NCBI GenBank assembly: GCA_016181405.1 | Contig: JACOZJ010000003.1 | Span: 106,749 to 170,748, forward strand | Reading direction: 5' to 3' | From: Candidatus Wildermuthbacteria bacterium | GTDB lineage: Bacteria; Patescibacteriota; Minisyncoccia; Minisyncoccales; UBA10102 | DNA length: 64,000 nt | In this document: positions 8,714 to 16,958 of the stretch, piece after piece | Position numbering within the stretch: position 1 is the first letter of the stretch | Layout: every line of letters begins with the position of its first letter | Made by a program: the position numbers and the translations under genes | Notes under the pieces: generated by a model | Seen by the model: only the letters and a program-made list of their open reading frames with translations | Told to the model about the DNA's origin: nothing | Database searches by the model: none

Positions 8714-8743
8714 AATAAGCGCGACATCCCAAAAAACCAAAAA

Positions 8744-8788
8744 CAGCCCTTCGTCCGCCAGCTGGCGGACGAAGGGCTGTTTTTTTTA
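8744..8788 (+). terminator. rho-independent terminator
   Basis: CAGCCCTTCGTCCGCC AGCT GGCGGACGAAGGGCTG perfect 16-bp hairpin followed by a T8 run. Confidence 0.85.
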
Positions 8789-8812
8789 TTGCTTGCACTG
8801 AGCAAAGTCGAA

Positions 8813-8913
8813 GTGTGGATAAATGGGGTTGACGAGGGATGCTGGGTGGGATATATTGGTAACTAGGTGGGGAGTTGTGGATAAATGTGGGGAAAAGTCG
8901 GCATATCTGTGGA
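8813..8913 (+). promoter_or_regulatory. mraZ promoter with a phased GTGG(G/A) box array (candidate MraZ operator)
   Basis: TTGACG (8829-8834), 17-nt spacer, TATATT (8852-8857). GTGGG/GTGGA/TGGGG boxes begin at 8815, 8824, 8846, 8867, 8877, 8887 and 8909, so the spacings are roughly 10 or 21 nt. Confidence 0.5.
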
Positions 8914-8943
8914 AAACTCCTTTTTATGATAAAGCCCCCTTCT

Positions 8944-9375
8944 ATGTTTCTCGGAGAATTTTCCTATTCCATAGATGAGAAAAAGCGACTCGCAATCCCT
9001 GCAAAATTCCGCCAAGCACTTGGGAAAAAAGCGGTGGTTACCCGAGGGTTAGATCAATGTCTTTTTTTATACTCGTTTAAAGAATGGGGAGTATTGGCGG
9101 AGAAACTCAGCAAACTGCCCTTGGCGCAAGCTGATGCGAGAGGATTCGCAAGACTAATGCTGGCAGGAGCGATGGAAGCAGACTTAGACAAACTCGGAAG
9201 GATTCTCGTGCCTGATTATTTAAAAGAATATGCCTCGCTCGGAAAAAAGACTGTGATTGCCGGAGTGTACAACCGAATTGAAATTTGGGACGAGCAAAAA
9301 TGGGAAGCATACAAGACAAATATTGAAAAGGGGATAGGGGATATGGCAGAACGCCTGAAGGAACTCGGAATCTAA
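8944..9375 (+). CDS. mraZ: transcriptional regulator MraZ
   Basis: MFLGEFSYSIDEKKRLAIPAKFR...ILVPDYLKEYASLGKKTVIAGVYNRIEIWDEQKW shows the two SpoVT/AbrB-like halves. It is the first gene of the mraZ-rsmH-ftsL-ftsI order. Confidence 0.9.
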   Translation: MFLGEFSYSIDEKKRLAIPAKFRQALGKKAVVTRGLDQCLFLYSFKEWGVLAEKLSKLPLAQADARGFARLMLAGAMEADLDKLGRILVPDYLKEYASLGKKTVIAGVYNRIEIWDEQKWEAYKTNIEKGIGDMAERLKELGI

Positions 9376-9376
9376 C

Positions 9377-10255
9377 ATGCATGAACCCGTTTTGACCGAA
9401 AAAGTCCTGGAGTACCTGGATCCCCAGCCGAATGAGAATTTCATTGATTGCACGGCGGGAGGAGGAGGCCATACCTTTGCCATAGCAGCCAGGACTGCCC
9501 CAAAAGGAAAGATACTTGCCTTAGATTGGGACGCAGAAGCAATCCAGTCCTTTACAGAAGAAATACGCAAGCGAAAGTTGCAAAACCGTGTGTTCGCAGA
9601 AAATGAAAATTTCGCCAATATCAAAGAAGTCGCGGCAAAAAACGCCTTTCGCCCAGTTGCGGGCATTTTGTTCGATCTTGGACTATCTTCAGACCAACTG
9701 GAAAGCCGCGCAAGGGGATTCACGTTTCAGAAAGATGAGCCACTCGATATGCGCTACAACGCGCAGAACCCAATCACCGCGGAGAAGCTTCTCAATTACA
9801 GCAGCAAAATACAACTCGAGCGTATGCTAAAGGACTATGGCGAAGAACAGTTCGCCAAACAGATCGCAGAGGCAATCGTGCAGAGCAGAACGCAAACACA
9901 TTTGCAAAAAACTTCACAGCTGGTCCAAATCGTAGAGCAAGCTACGCCCAAATGGTATCAGCGAAAGAAAATCCACCCTGCCACGAAAACATTTCAAGCG
10001 CTTCGCATTGCAGTGAACAACGAATTAGAAAATATAAAACAAGGTCTTCAGGGCGCAACGGAACTTATCAGCCAAAATGGAAAAATCGCAGTTATTTCCT
10101 TTCATTCATTAGAAGATCGAATCGTAAAAGAATTTTTTAAACAACAACCTCTCTTCCGCCCACTTACAAAAAAACCAGTAATTCCGTCCCGAGCGGAAAT
10201 CAAACAAAATTCAAGAGCGCGATCTGCCAAGCTGCGAGTCGCCGTAAAACTATGA
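9377..10255 (+). CDS. rsmH: 16S rRNA (cytosine1402-N4)-methyltransferase RsmH
   Basis: HEPVLTEKVLEYL..DCTAGGGGHT..DLGLSSDQL..SFHSLEDRIVK motifs, positioned after mraZ. Confidence 0.9.
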   Translation: MHEPVLTEKVLEYLDPQPNENFIDCTAGGGGHTFAIAARTAPKGKILALDWDAEAIQSFTEEIRKRKLQNRVFAENENFANIKEVAAKNAFRPVAGILFDLGLSSDQLESRARGFTFQKDEPLDMRYNAQNPITAEKLLNYSSKIQLERMLKDYGEEQFAKQIAEAIVQSRTQTHLQKTSQLVQIVEQATPKWYQRKKIHPATKTFQALRIAVNNELENIKQGLQGATELISQNGKIAVISFHSLEDRIVKEFFKQQPLFRPLTKKPVIPSRAEIKQNSRARSAKLRVAVKL

Positions 10256-10560
10256 CCATTCTTCTTTCCTCCTTTTATCACACGAAAATGTTTTGGGTGT
10301 TAGGATTACTCTTTACCGGTTTCCTGATTGGCCTTTACATTGTCCAGGTCAACGCACTCACTATTTTGGTATATCGCATCGCAGAAACCGAACGGCAGAT
10401 CACCGAACACAGACACACTAATACGGCACTCCAAACACAAACTAGTCAGGCAGTATCGTTCAAAGATCTCGAGCAACTCGCACAATCGCGGAATTTTGAG
10501 CGCGTCCGCTCTATTACCTATCTCAGGATTCCTTCGGGCGGAGTTGCACAAAATCAATGA
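10252..10560 (+). CDS. FtsL-like small bitopic division protein
   Basis: 102 aa with a single TM (FWVLGLLFTGFLIGLYIV) followed by a coiled segment. Its position between rsmH and ftsI, with ATGA/overlapping junctions, supports the call. Confidence 0.5.
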   Translation: MTILLSSFYHTKMFWVLGLLFTGFLIGLYIVQVNALTILVYRIAETERQITEHRHTNTALQTQTSQAVSFKDLEQLAQSRNFERVRSITYLRIPSGGVAQNQ

Positions 10561-12218
10561 GGCACTGGCGCTTTCATCTTATCTTGTTTCTCCTGTTTTG
10601 CTTTGGCGCGATCCTCGGGGGACGCCTCGCATATTTACAGATCATAAACCAAGGTTTGTATAAAGCGCTTGCTCAAGGCCAGCAAAATGTAAGCGTTCTC
10701 GCAAGAGGGGAAAGAGGCGCTGTTTTTTTGCAGGACAAAAATGGAAATTTGTATACATTAGCGTCCAACCAAAAAATCCCTTCTGCCTTTGTCTCCCCGG
10801 CAGAACTGAAAAACTCCGAAGATGCGGCAAACAAACTCGCGCAAATCCTCCAACTCGATGAGGAATTTATTTTTTCCAAATTCCACAACAAAGACAGCTT
10901 CTTTGAAACTTTAAAGAAACGCATTTCAGAAACTGAAGTTAAACAAATTCAAGACCTCAAGCTTGCAGGCGTCGGGGTAAGGCAAGAACAAATGCGTTCG
11001 TATCCCCAAGCATCATTAGCTGCTCACGTTATAGGTTTTACTAACCAAGACGGAGAAGGCCAATACGGCATAGAAGGATACTACGACAGTAAACTCGCCG
11101 GCAAAGAAGGCGCAGGGGCCGGAGCGAGAAATCCTGCAAGTTACCTCCTTACTGTATTCGCCAGCACCAGCCAGAATGGGGAAGACATTGTTTTGACGCT
11201 TGACTACAATATTCAGTCGGTAGCAGAGCAACTGTTGGAAAAAGCAGAAGTAAACCTTGATATTGAAGCAGGAACTATCGTGGTCATTGATCCGGTTTCG
11301 GGCAAAATCCTGGCGCTTGCGAGCACTCCTTCTTTCGATCCAAATTCATACTCAACCCAAACAGACCTTGAAATCTTTCAAAATCCCGCTATTCAAAAGA
11401 TTTACGAGCCGGGATCTATTTTCAAAGCATTCACCATGGCTGCAGCCATTAACGAAGGCACCGTGACTCCGGATACCACCTACACGGATAAGGGGTTCGT
11501 GCAGATTGGCGCGCGGAAAATTACCAACTACGACCACAGGGTGTGGGGTTTGCGAACAATGACTGAAGTATTGGAATATTCCATTAATACTGGAGCGATG
11601 TTCGCAGCGCAGCAGCTCGGAGAGGAAAAATTCTTGGAATATATCGAAAAATTCGGCTTTTTCGAACCCACGAATATTGACCTTGCAGGTGAGGTATTCT
11701 CGAGAAATGCCGAGTTCAAAAAGGGATATGAAATTAACTTTGCCACTGCTTCTTTCGGACAGGGGATTGAAATGACTCCCATGCAAATCGTAAAAGCATT
11801 CTCCGCAATCGCCAACAACGGCCAGATGACGCAGCCTTACATTGTGGAAGGAAATGGAAACGAAAGGAAACAAGAACAAGTGATAAGCCCAAAAACGGCA
11901 GCCGAGGTTACTGAAATGCTCACAAACGTTGTTCAAAACGGATACGCGAAAAGCGCGCAGATTCCCGGATATCACGTTGCCGGCAAAACCGGCACCGCGC
12001 AAATTTCCTGGTCAGCATTGGGTGTGGCAAAATCCGGATATTCCGACAAAACCGTGCAATCATTTGTCGGATACGCGCCGGCCTTTGATCCCAAATTTCT
12101 CATCTTGGTGAAACTCGACAATCCAGCAACGAAAACCGCGGAATACTCTGCTGTACCCATATTCCACGACCTTGCCAAGTATATTATTGACTACTATCAA
12201 ACCCCCCCTGATTACTAG
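10557..12218 (+). CDS. ftsI: penicillin-binding protein 2/FtsI-type transpeptidase
   Basis: N-terminal TM anchor, SxxK (GSIFKAF), SxN (YSINTG) and KTGTA motifs, in a dcw context. Confidence 0.85.
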   Translation: MRHWRFHLILFLLFCFGAILGGRLAYLQIINQGLYKALAQGQQNVSVLARGERGAVFLQDKNGNLYTLASNQKIPSAFVSPAELKNSEDAANKLAQILQLDEEFIFSKFHNKDSFFETLKKRISETEVKQIQDLKLAGVGVRQEQMRSYPQASLAAHVIGFTNQDGEGQYGIEGYYDSKLAGKEGAGAGARNPASYLLTVFASTSQNGEDIVLTLDYNIQSVAEQLLEKAEVNLDIEAGTIVVIDPVSGKILALASTPSFDPNSYSTQTDLEIFQNPAIQKIYEPGSIFKAFTMAAAINEGTVTPDTTYTDKGFVQIGARKITNYDHRVWGLRTMTEVLEYSINTGAMFAAQQLGEEKFLEYIEKFGFFEPTNIDLAGEVFSRNAEFKKGYEINFATASFGQGIEMTPMQIVKAFSAIANNGQMTQPYIVEGNGNERKQEQVISPKTAAEVTEMLTNVVQNGYAKSAQIPGYHVAGKTGTAQISWSALGVAKSGYSDKTVQSFVGYAPAFDPKFLILVKLDNPATKTAEYSAVPIFHDLAKYIIDYYQTPPDY

Positions 12219-12250
12219 TGAGAGAGTATCACATCGCGTCCCTCAAACAG

Positions 12251-12279
12251 TTGACAAAACATATCGCTATATGTATACT
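12251..12279 (+). promoter_or_regulatory. sigma70-like promoter
   Basis: TTGACA (12251-12256), 17-nt spacer, TATACT (12274-12279), about 30 nt upstream of the 12310 ORF. Confidence 0.5.
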
Positions 12280-12309
12280 TAGGCTGCAATCTGCGGATAA
12301 GGGGCTACC

Positions 12310-12726
12310 ATGGCAAAGAGACAGGAACCACAGGATGACTCAAGAAGAGAAGCGATTATAAGAGCTGTAAAGAACCTCCTCCCGGAGCTGCGGACGAATC
12401 CTACCTACGGGGTTCATCGGCAGATCGAGCAACTCCTAGGACAAAACCAGGGATTGTCCTGGTTGGACATGGGGGTAACGGACAAGGAGCTTCGCGGTCT
12501 GCGCTACCAAATTCTCCTGAAAGCCCTCGAAAATCTCGAGGCGAATCCTCCTCTCACATCCTACACGTTCACTCGCTTTTCGGGTCTTCGTGAGAAGTGG
12601 GGATTTACCCCGCAAGATCTGGGCACTACAGAGAAAAAGCTGCAGGAAATTGCAGCTAGCACTCCAGGAGGCAAGCGCAGCCGGTTATATCGGCAAGCAA
12701 CCCAAAAGGGGCTGGACACTCCGTAA
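12310..12726 (+). CDS. hypothetical protein
   Basis: 138-aa ORF with its own consensus promoter and a downstream terminator. No recognisable motif. Confidence 0.5.
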   Translation: MAKRQEPQDDSRREAIIRAVKNLLPELRTNPTYGVHRQIEQLLGQNQGLSWLDMGVTDKELRGLRYQILLKALENLEANPPLTSYTFTRFSGLREKWGFTPQDLGTTEKKLQEIAASTPGGKRSRLYRQATQKGLDTP

Positions 12727-12756
12727 GGAAAGCACCTTTCAACATTACGCTATCAC

Positions 12757-12792
12757 GAGCCAGTTGCCAAAAGGCGCCTGGCTCTTCTTTTT
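12757..12792 (+). terminator. rho-independent terminator
   Basis: GAGCCAG (12757-12763) pairs with CTGGCTC (12778-12784), followed by TTCTTTTT. Confidence 0.6.
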
Positions 12793-12866
12793 GGCAAACA
12801 TTTCTTCGCTGCTGGAAAATGCAGAAAAAATATGGTAGGAATAGAATAATCCACGCAGGTGGCTTT

Positions 12867-12939
12867 GGTCCTATCGTCTAGAGGCCCAGGACGCCAGGTT
12901 CTCATCCTGGTAACACGGGTTCGACTCCCGTTGGGACCG
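12867..12939 (+). tRNA. tRNA-Glu (anticodon CUC)
   Basis: GGTCCTATCGTCTAGAGGCCCAGGAC is a Glu-type D arm. Anticodon stem CCAGG/CCTGG with loop TTCTCAT, T arm ACGGG-TTCGACT-CCCGT, acceptor closes with TTGGGACC, discriminator G. Confidence 0.9.
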
Positions 12940-12942
12940 CCC

Positions 12943-13923
12943 ATGAGTTCAATTCTTTTTCAGATCGCGATCTTTCTTGGTTCTATAGCCTTATTGGTAC
13001 TTGCAGCCCGCCTGATTATCGACCACATCATTAAAGTTGCGCAATATCTCAAATGGCGCCAATTCGTTTTGGCGTTCTTGGTGATGTCTTTGGGAAGCGC
13101 GCTTCCCAACCTTTCCGTGGGCATTTCCTCTGCCCTTAAAGGCGTGCCAGAACTTTCTCTGGGGAATGTTATGGGAAATGACGTTGCCATCTTCACCATC
13201 GTTATAGCTATAGCGGTTCTTGTTTCCAATGGCCTTTCTATCGAAAGCCGTCTTGTTAGAAAATCCGCCTTATTCGCGGTAGTAGCTGCCCTCTTGCCCA
13301 TTCTTCTCTTGTGGGATGGACGCCTCGGCAGGGGAGACGCCATAGCTCTTATTGCGTTGTTTATCCTGTACAATTTGTGGCTTTTTTCAAAGCGCCATTT
13401 CATCGCCGGAATAATGGAAGGCGAAACAGAAGGAAAACCGCGTAAATCTCCACTCCATGGCTTCAAATCATTTCTCAAAAGTTCAGGCTCTGTAGCAGTA
13501 GGGGTAGTATGTCTTATTCTAGCTTCCGAAGGGATTGTACGCTCTGCTTATTTTTTCGAAACCACGTTCGCCATCCCTCTCGTTATCGTTGGGGTGCTCA
13601 TTACAGGATTTATCACGGCTCTTCCTGAATTGTACTTTACTACCCTCGCTTCACGGCGCGGTAACAACTGGATAGTGTTGGGACAAGTTTTAGGTGAAGT
13701 GGTAGTCCTTTCCACATTGGTAATTGGCGTTGTAGCGCTCATTCATCCCATTGAGATTGAAGACTTTTCTCCTCTTGTGGTAGCGCGTTTTTTCCTGTTC
13801 CTTTCGGCCGCGTTCTTTCTGCTTTTTATGGGTACGGGCAAACGATTCAGCAAAAAAGAAGGGCTGATACTCGCGGCTATATACTTGGCCTTTGTGGCAA
13901 CTGAAGTCTTCCTCCAAAGATGA
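12943..13923 (+). CDS. Ca2+/Na+ antiporter (CaCA/YrbG-like) membrane protein
   Basis: Polytopic protein with an alpha-repeat-like GNVMGNDVAIFTIV in the first half and a second homologous half. Start set at the ATG 3 nt after the tRNA; the track extension through the tRNA is discarded. Confidence 0.7.
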   Translation: MSSILFQIAIFLGSIALLVLAARLIIDHIIKVAQYLKWRQFVLAFLVMSLGSALPNLSVGISSALKGVPELSLGNVMGNDVAIFTIVIAIAVLVSNGLSIESRLVRKSALFAVVAALLPILLLWDGRLGRGDAIALIALFILYNLWLFSKRHFIAGIMEGETEGKPRKSPLHGFKSFLKSSGSVAVGVVCLILASEGIVRSAYFFETTFAIPLVIVGVLITGFITALPELYFTTLASRRGNNWIVLGQVLGEVVVLSTLVIGVVALIHPIEIEDFSPLVVARFFLFLSAAFFLLFMGTGKRFSKKEGLILAAIYLAFVATEVFLQR

Positions 13924-13943
13924 GACCATGATACAGTGGACGC

Positions 13944-15020
13944 ATGAGTGAAATTCTCCTCATCGGAATCATAGCGCTCTTGGCGGGAATTATTGTGTTT
14001 TTAGTTTTGCAGAAAAAAGGGGGGGCCGGCGGATCTGAAATTCTCATGATCCAGAATCAATTGCAGCACTTACGCGCTACTCTCGACGAAAAGCTTGGCG
14101 ACTCCTCTAAAAGGATGGACGAAACCGTACGTGCACAATTTGGCGAATCTCAACGTGCTATCCGAGAGACAAGCGAACAGATGATTAAACATCTAACCGA
14201 AGTCACCAAGGTCGTTACCGAAGCTAATGAAGCCGGCAAACAAGTGTTTACTATCGCCGAGCAACTTCAGAATTTAGAAAAAGTTCTTAAACATCAAAAA
14301 CAACGCGGCAACTTGGGAGAAGCAAGCCTTGAATTGATCTTGAGCAATACTTTACCGACAACAGTCTATAAGATGCAGCATCATTTTGTTGACGGCGACA
14401 TCGTTGACGCAATTATTATCACGAAGGAAGGCATTATTCCTATCGACGCTAAATTTTCTCTCGATAACTATAACCGCCTTATCAACGAACCAGATGAATT
14501 ACGCAAGAGTGACCTTGAGAAAGAATTCAAAAACGATCTTAAAAAAAGGATTGATGAGACGGCAAAGTATATCAAACCAAAGGAAGGGACGCTGTCTTTT
14601 GCTTTCATGTTTATTCCTGCAGAAGGTATTTACTATGATTTGCTTATCAACGAAGTAGGCTCAGTAAAAGTGAATACTAGAAACCTGCTTGATTATGCTT
14701 ACAATGACAAAAAAGTTATTATTGTATCTCCAACCACATTTGCCGCATATCTGCAATCGGTCCTCTACGGATTCAAGGCTTTCAAAATCGAAGAGTCGGC
14801 AAAGAAAATGGGAGAACAAGTACAACAACTTATGCGTAATTTAGGAGCCTATGAACAGTACTTTAATTCTGTAGGCATATCACTTAGAACAACGGTAAAT
14901 CATTACACCAAAGCTTCGAGCGAATTTCGGAAAATAGACAAGGATATCCTAAAGATAACTGGCTCTTCCAACAGCATAGAGATGATAGAGGTACCGAAAC
15001 CAAACCAAGAAGAGGATTGA
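13944..15020 (+). CDS. rmuC: DNA recombination protein RmuC
   Basis: N-terminal TM, long coiled coil, and an RmuC core (VDAIIITKEGIIPIDAKF...FAFMFIPAEGIYYDLL...VIIVSPTTFAAYLQ). Confidence 0.85.
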   Translation: MSEILLIGIIALLAGIIVFLVLQKKGGAGGSEILMIQNQLQHLRATLDEKLGDSSKRMDETVRAQFGESQRAIRETSEQMIKHLTEVTKVVTEANEAGKQVFTIAEQLQNLEKVLKHQKQRGNLGEASLELILSNTLPTTVYKMQHHFVDGDIVDAIIITKEGIIPIDAKFSLDNYNRLINEPDELRKSDLEKEFKNDLKKRIDETAKYIKPKEGTLSFAFMFIPAEGIYYDLLINEVGSVKVNTRNLLDYAYNDKKVIIVSPTTFAAYLQSVLYGFKAFKIEESAKKMGEQVQQLMRNLGAYEQYFNSVGISLRTTVNHYTKASSEFRKIDKDILKITGSSNSIEMIEVPKPNQEED

Positions 15021-15055
15021 CCTTTTGGAGGATTTGAGGTATACTGATAATCACT

Positions 15056-15376
15056 ATGTCAGAAATCGCAATAATCAAAACCGGTGGGAAGCAATATGTG
15101 GTTGCTCCCGGTATGAAAATTAAAGTAGAAAAACTCCCTGTGGAGGAGGGGAGTGATGTTGAGTTCTCCGAGGTATTACTTACCGAAAACGGCAACGGTA
15201 TTGAAATCGGAGCGCCGCTTGTAAAAGGGGTGAAAGTAAAGGGCAAAATTCTTAAGCAAGGTAAAGGTAAAAAGGTGGTTATTTTTAAATTCAAGCCCAA
15301 AAAGCGTGAAAAGGTAAAAACGGGCCATCGTCAAACCTACTCGGAAGTAGAGATAACCTCCATCGAATCCAAATAA
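15056..15376 (+). CDS. rplU: 50S ribosomal protein L21
   Basis: MSEIAIIKTGGKQYVVAPGMKIKVEKL...KVVIFKFKPKKREKVKTGHRQTYSEVEI. Confidence 0.9.
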   Translation: MSEIAIIKTGGKQYVVAPGMKIKVEKLPVEEGSDVEFSEVLLTENGNGIEIGAPLVKGVKVKGKILKQGKGKKVVIFKFKPKKREKVKTGHRQTYSEVEITSIESK

Positions 15377-15381
15377 AATAG

Positions 15382-15417
15382 GAGAGGGCCACCGCAAGCG
15401 GTGACCCTCTTTTGTTT
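15382..15417. terminator. bidirectional rho-independent terminator
   Basis: AGAGGGCCACCGC/GCGGTGACCCTCT hairpin with one mismatch. It is followed by TTTGTTT on the + strand and preceded by an A/T run that serves the - strand, between convergent genes. Confidence 0.7.
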
Positions 15418-15427
15418 GGTTCTCGAT

Positions 15428-15982
15428 CTATCGGCGGCGCTTAAAGCGCCCCGCGAACAAGTCCGAGAACCACGTCGTGAAGTAAGCGGCGGCTGCCGCC
15501 AACCCCACGAAAGCGACTGGCGACCAAGCACGCTCGCCCCTCAACATAAGAAAAACCATCCACAACCCCACCAATCCCAACCAGTACTGTGTGGTGAAGT
15601 ATGCGAGATGCAGCTTCCCCAGAGGAGAAATCGCCCCAGTCCGAGGATAGAGGGAATCTGGGTTATGGCTTTCAGAAAGCCACACCCAATTCCATATCGC
15701 TGCCCACGCGGCTACTGCCACGAGACACACACCAAGTGCCCACAAAGGCGGCGGCGGCCACCTCTCCGCTAGGACAACGATGATCGCATAGTCCAGAAGA
15801 GAGACAAAAACCATATCTCCCCACGTGAAGAAGTTGAAGTTCCACAAGTAAAGGATTTTACCCCTCGTCGGAATCTTTCCTTCCTCCTCCAATCGCTGCT
15901 CAATGCGAAGCAGAAGCACGCAGACCGCCGCATTCAACGAGGCCGCCAAAATCCCTGCCAGAACCACGAGAAATATAACCAA
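15428..15982 (-). CDS. hypothetical polytopic membrane protein
   Basis: 184 aa, Trp-rich and hydrophobic (WALGVCLVAVAAWAAIWNWVW). Apparent TTG start with AAAGGA 9 nt upstream, and a promoter at 16042-16069. Confidence 0.5.
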   Translation of the reverse strand: MVIFLVVLAGILAASLNAAVCVLLLRIEQRLEEEGKIPTRGKILYLWNFNFFTWGDMVFVSLLDYAIIVVLAERWPPPPLWALGVCLVAVAAWAAIWNWVWLSESHNPDSLYPRTGAISPLGKLHLAYFTTQYWLGLVGLWMVFLMLRGERAWSPVAFVGLAAAAAYFTTWFSDLFAGRFKRRR

Positions 15983-16041
15983 TTTGGGCCGTCCTTTCTG
16001 GCGTTTCCGCCTCTATGTGAAGGTTCAAATTCGTAAGCTTT

Positions 16042-16069
16042 ATTATACTATAAATAAAGCAAAAGTCAA
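16042..16069 (-). promoter_or_regulatory. sigma70-like promoter (minus strand)
   Basis: On the minus strand: TTGACT (16069-16064), 16-nt spacer, TATAAT (16047-16042). Confidence 0.55.
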
Positions 16070-16085
16070 GTGCTCGCGTATTTAG

Positions 16086-16169
16086 GAGCGAGCATCACGG
16101 CTTTTTCGCAGACGCGAGGGTCCACTCCGAAGGAGGGGTAAAGCGCAAGAAAAAGCCGTGATGCGAGCG
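16086..16169. repeat. structured GC-rich intergenic repeat, copy 2
   Basis: Homologous to 2879-2962. Outer stem CATCACGGCTTTTT/AAAAAGCCGTGATG carries a GT->AC change matched by AC->GT in the partner arm. It starts 4 nt beyond the recR stop codon. Confidence 0.8.
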
Positions 16170-16173
16170 CCTA

Positions 16174-16779
16174 CTACCTTCGGCCTTCAAGAGCAGAACG
16201 AAGCGTTTCTTCATCCGCGTACTCAAGCTCGCCGCCCACGGGAAGCCCCCGCCCCAAGCGTGTAATTTTCTTGCCATACGGCGCAAGCAAGCGCTCTAGA
16301 TACAGCACCGTGGCCTCACCCTCGGTCGTAGGGTTCAGAGCAAGAATTATTTCTTGAATAGCACCAGCCATACGGTCTTTCAACTCCTGCGCTTTGATAT
16401 TCTGTATGCCTTCTTTCTTTAAAATGTCATTTACACCGCCCAAAATAAAATATCTCCCGCGATATTGTTTGGTCTTTTCAAGGGTTTCCAAATCGCTCTC
16501 TTTTTCCACAATGCACAAAAGAGCCTGGTCGCGCGTATTATCTCTGCAAATCGCGCAAAGCCCGGTTTTTTGTTCATCGTCTGCAGCCTCAAAGGAATTG
16601 AAACAAAAAGAACATTGCTTAATCTCTTTCTTCAAACCCTGGAGTGCTGCTATCAATTCATTCATTTCACCATCTGATAATTTGAGCAGGTAAAAAACAA
16701 AACGGCCGGCTGTACGCGGGCCAACGGTAGGGAATCGGGAAAATATCTCAATAAGTTTTTGGATGGATTTTGGGTACAT
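16174..16779 (-). CDS. recR: recombination protein RecR
   Basis: IEIFSRFPTVGPRTAGRFVFYLL helix-hairpin-helix, a C4 zinc finger (CSFCFNS...CAICRD), and a Toprim segment (LCIVEKESDLETLEKT). Confidence 0.9.
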   Translation of the reverse strand: MYPKSIQKLIEIFSRFPTVGPRTAGRFVFYLLKLSDGEMNELIAALQGLKKEIKQCSFCFNSFEAADDEQKTGLCAICRDNTRDQALLCIVEKESDLETLEKTKQYRGRYFILGGVNDILKKEGIQNIKAQELKDRMAGAIQEIILALNPTTEGEATVLYLERLLAPYGKKITRLGRGLPVGGELEYADEETLRSALEGRR

Positions 16780-16958
16780 CGGGCTAGTATCTGGTATCTA
16801 GTATTTGGTATAGAGCGAGAGCATATGCTTTTGGAAGACCCCCTCGCAGGCACCAGTGCTTGGTCCGCCTCTGGCGGACTGGTGCCGAGAGAGAGCCCGC
16901 TTGCCGCTGGAGCAAGCGAGGCGTGGTCTGAGAAAAGCGATATGCTCAAGCGGTCTCC

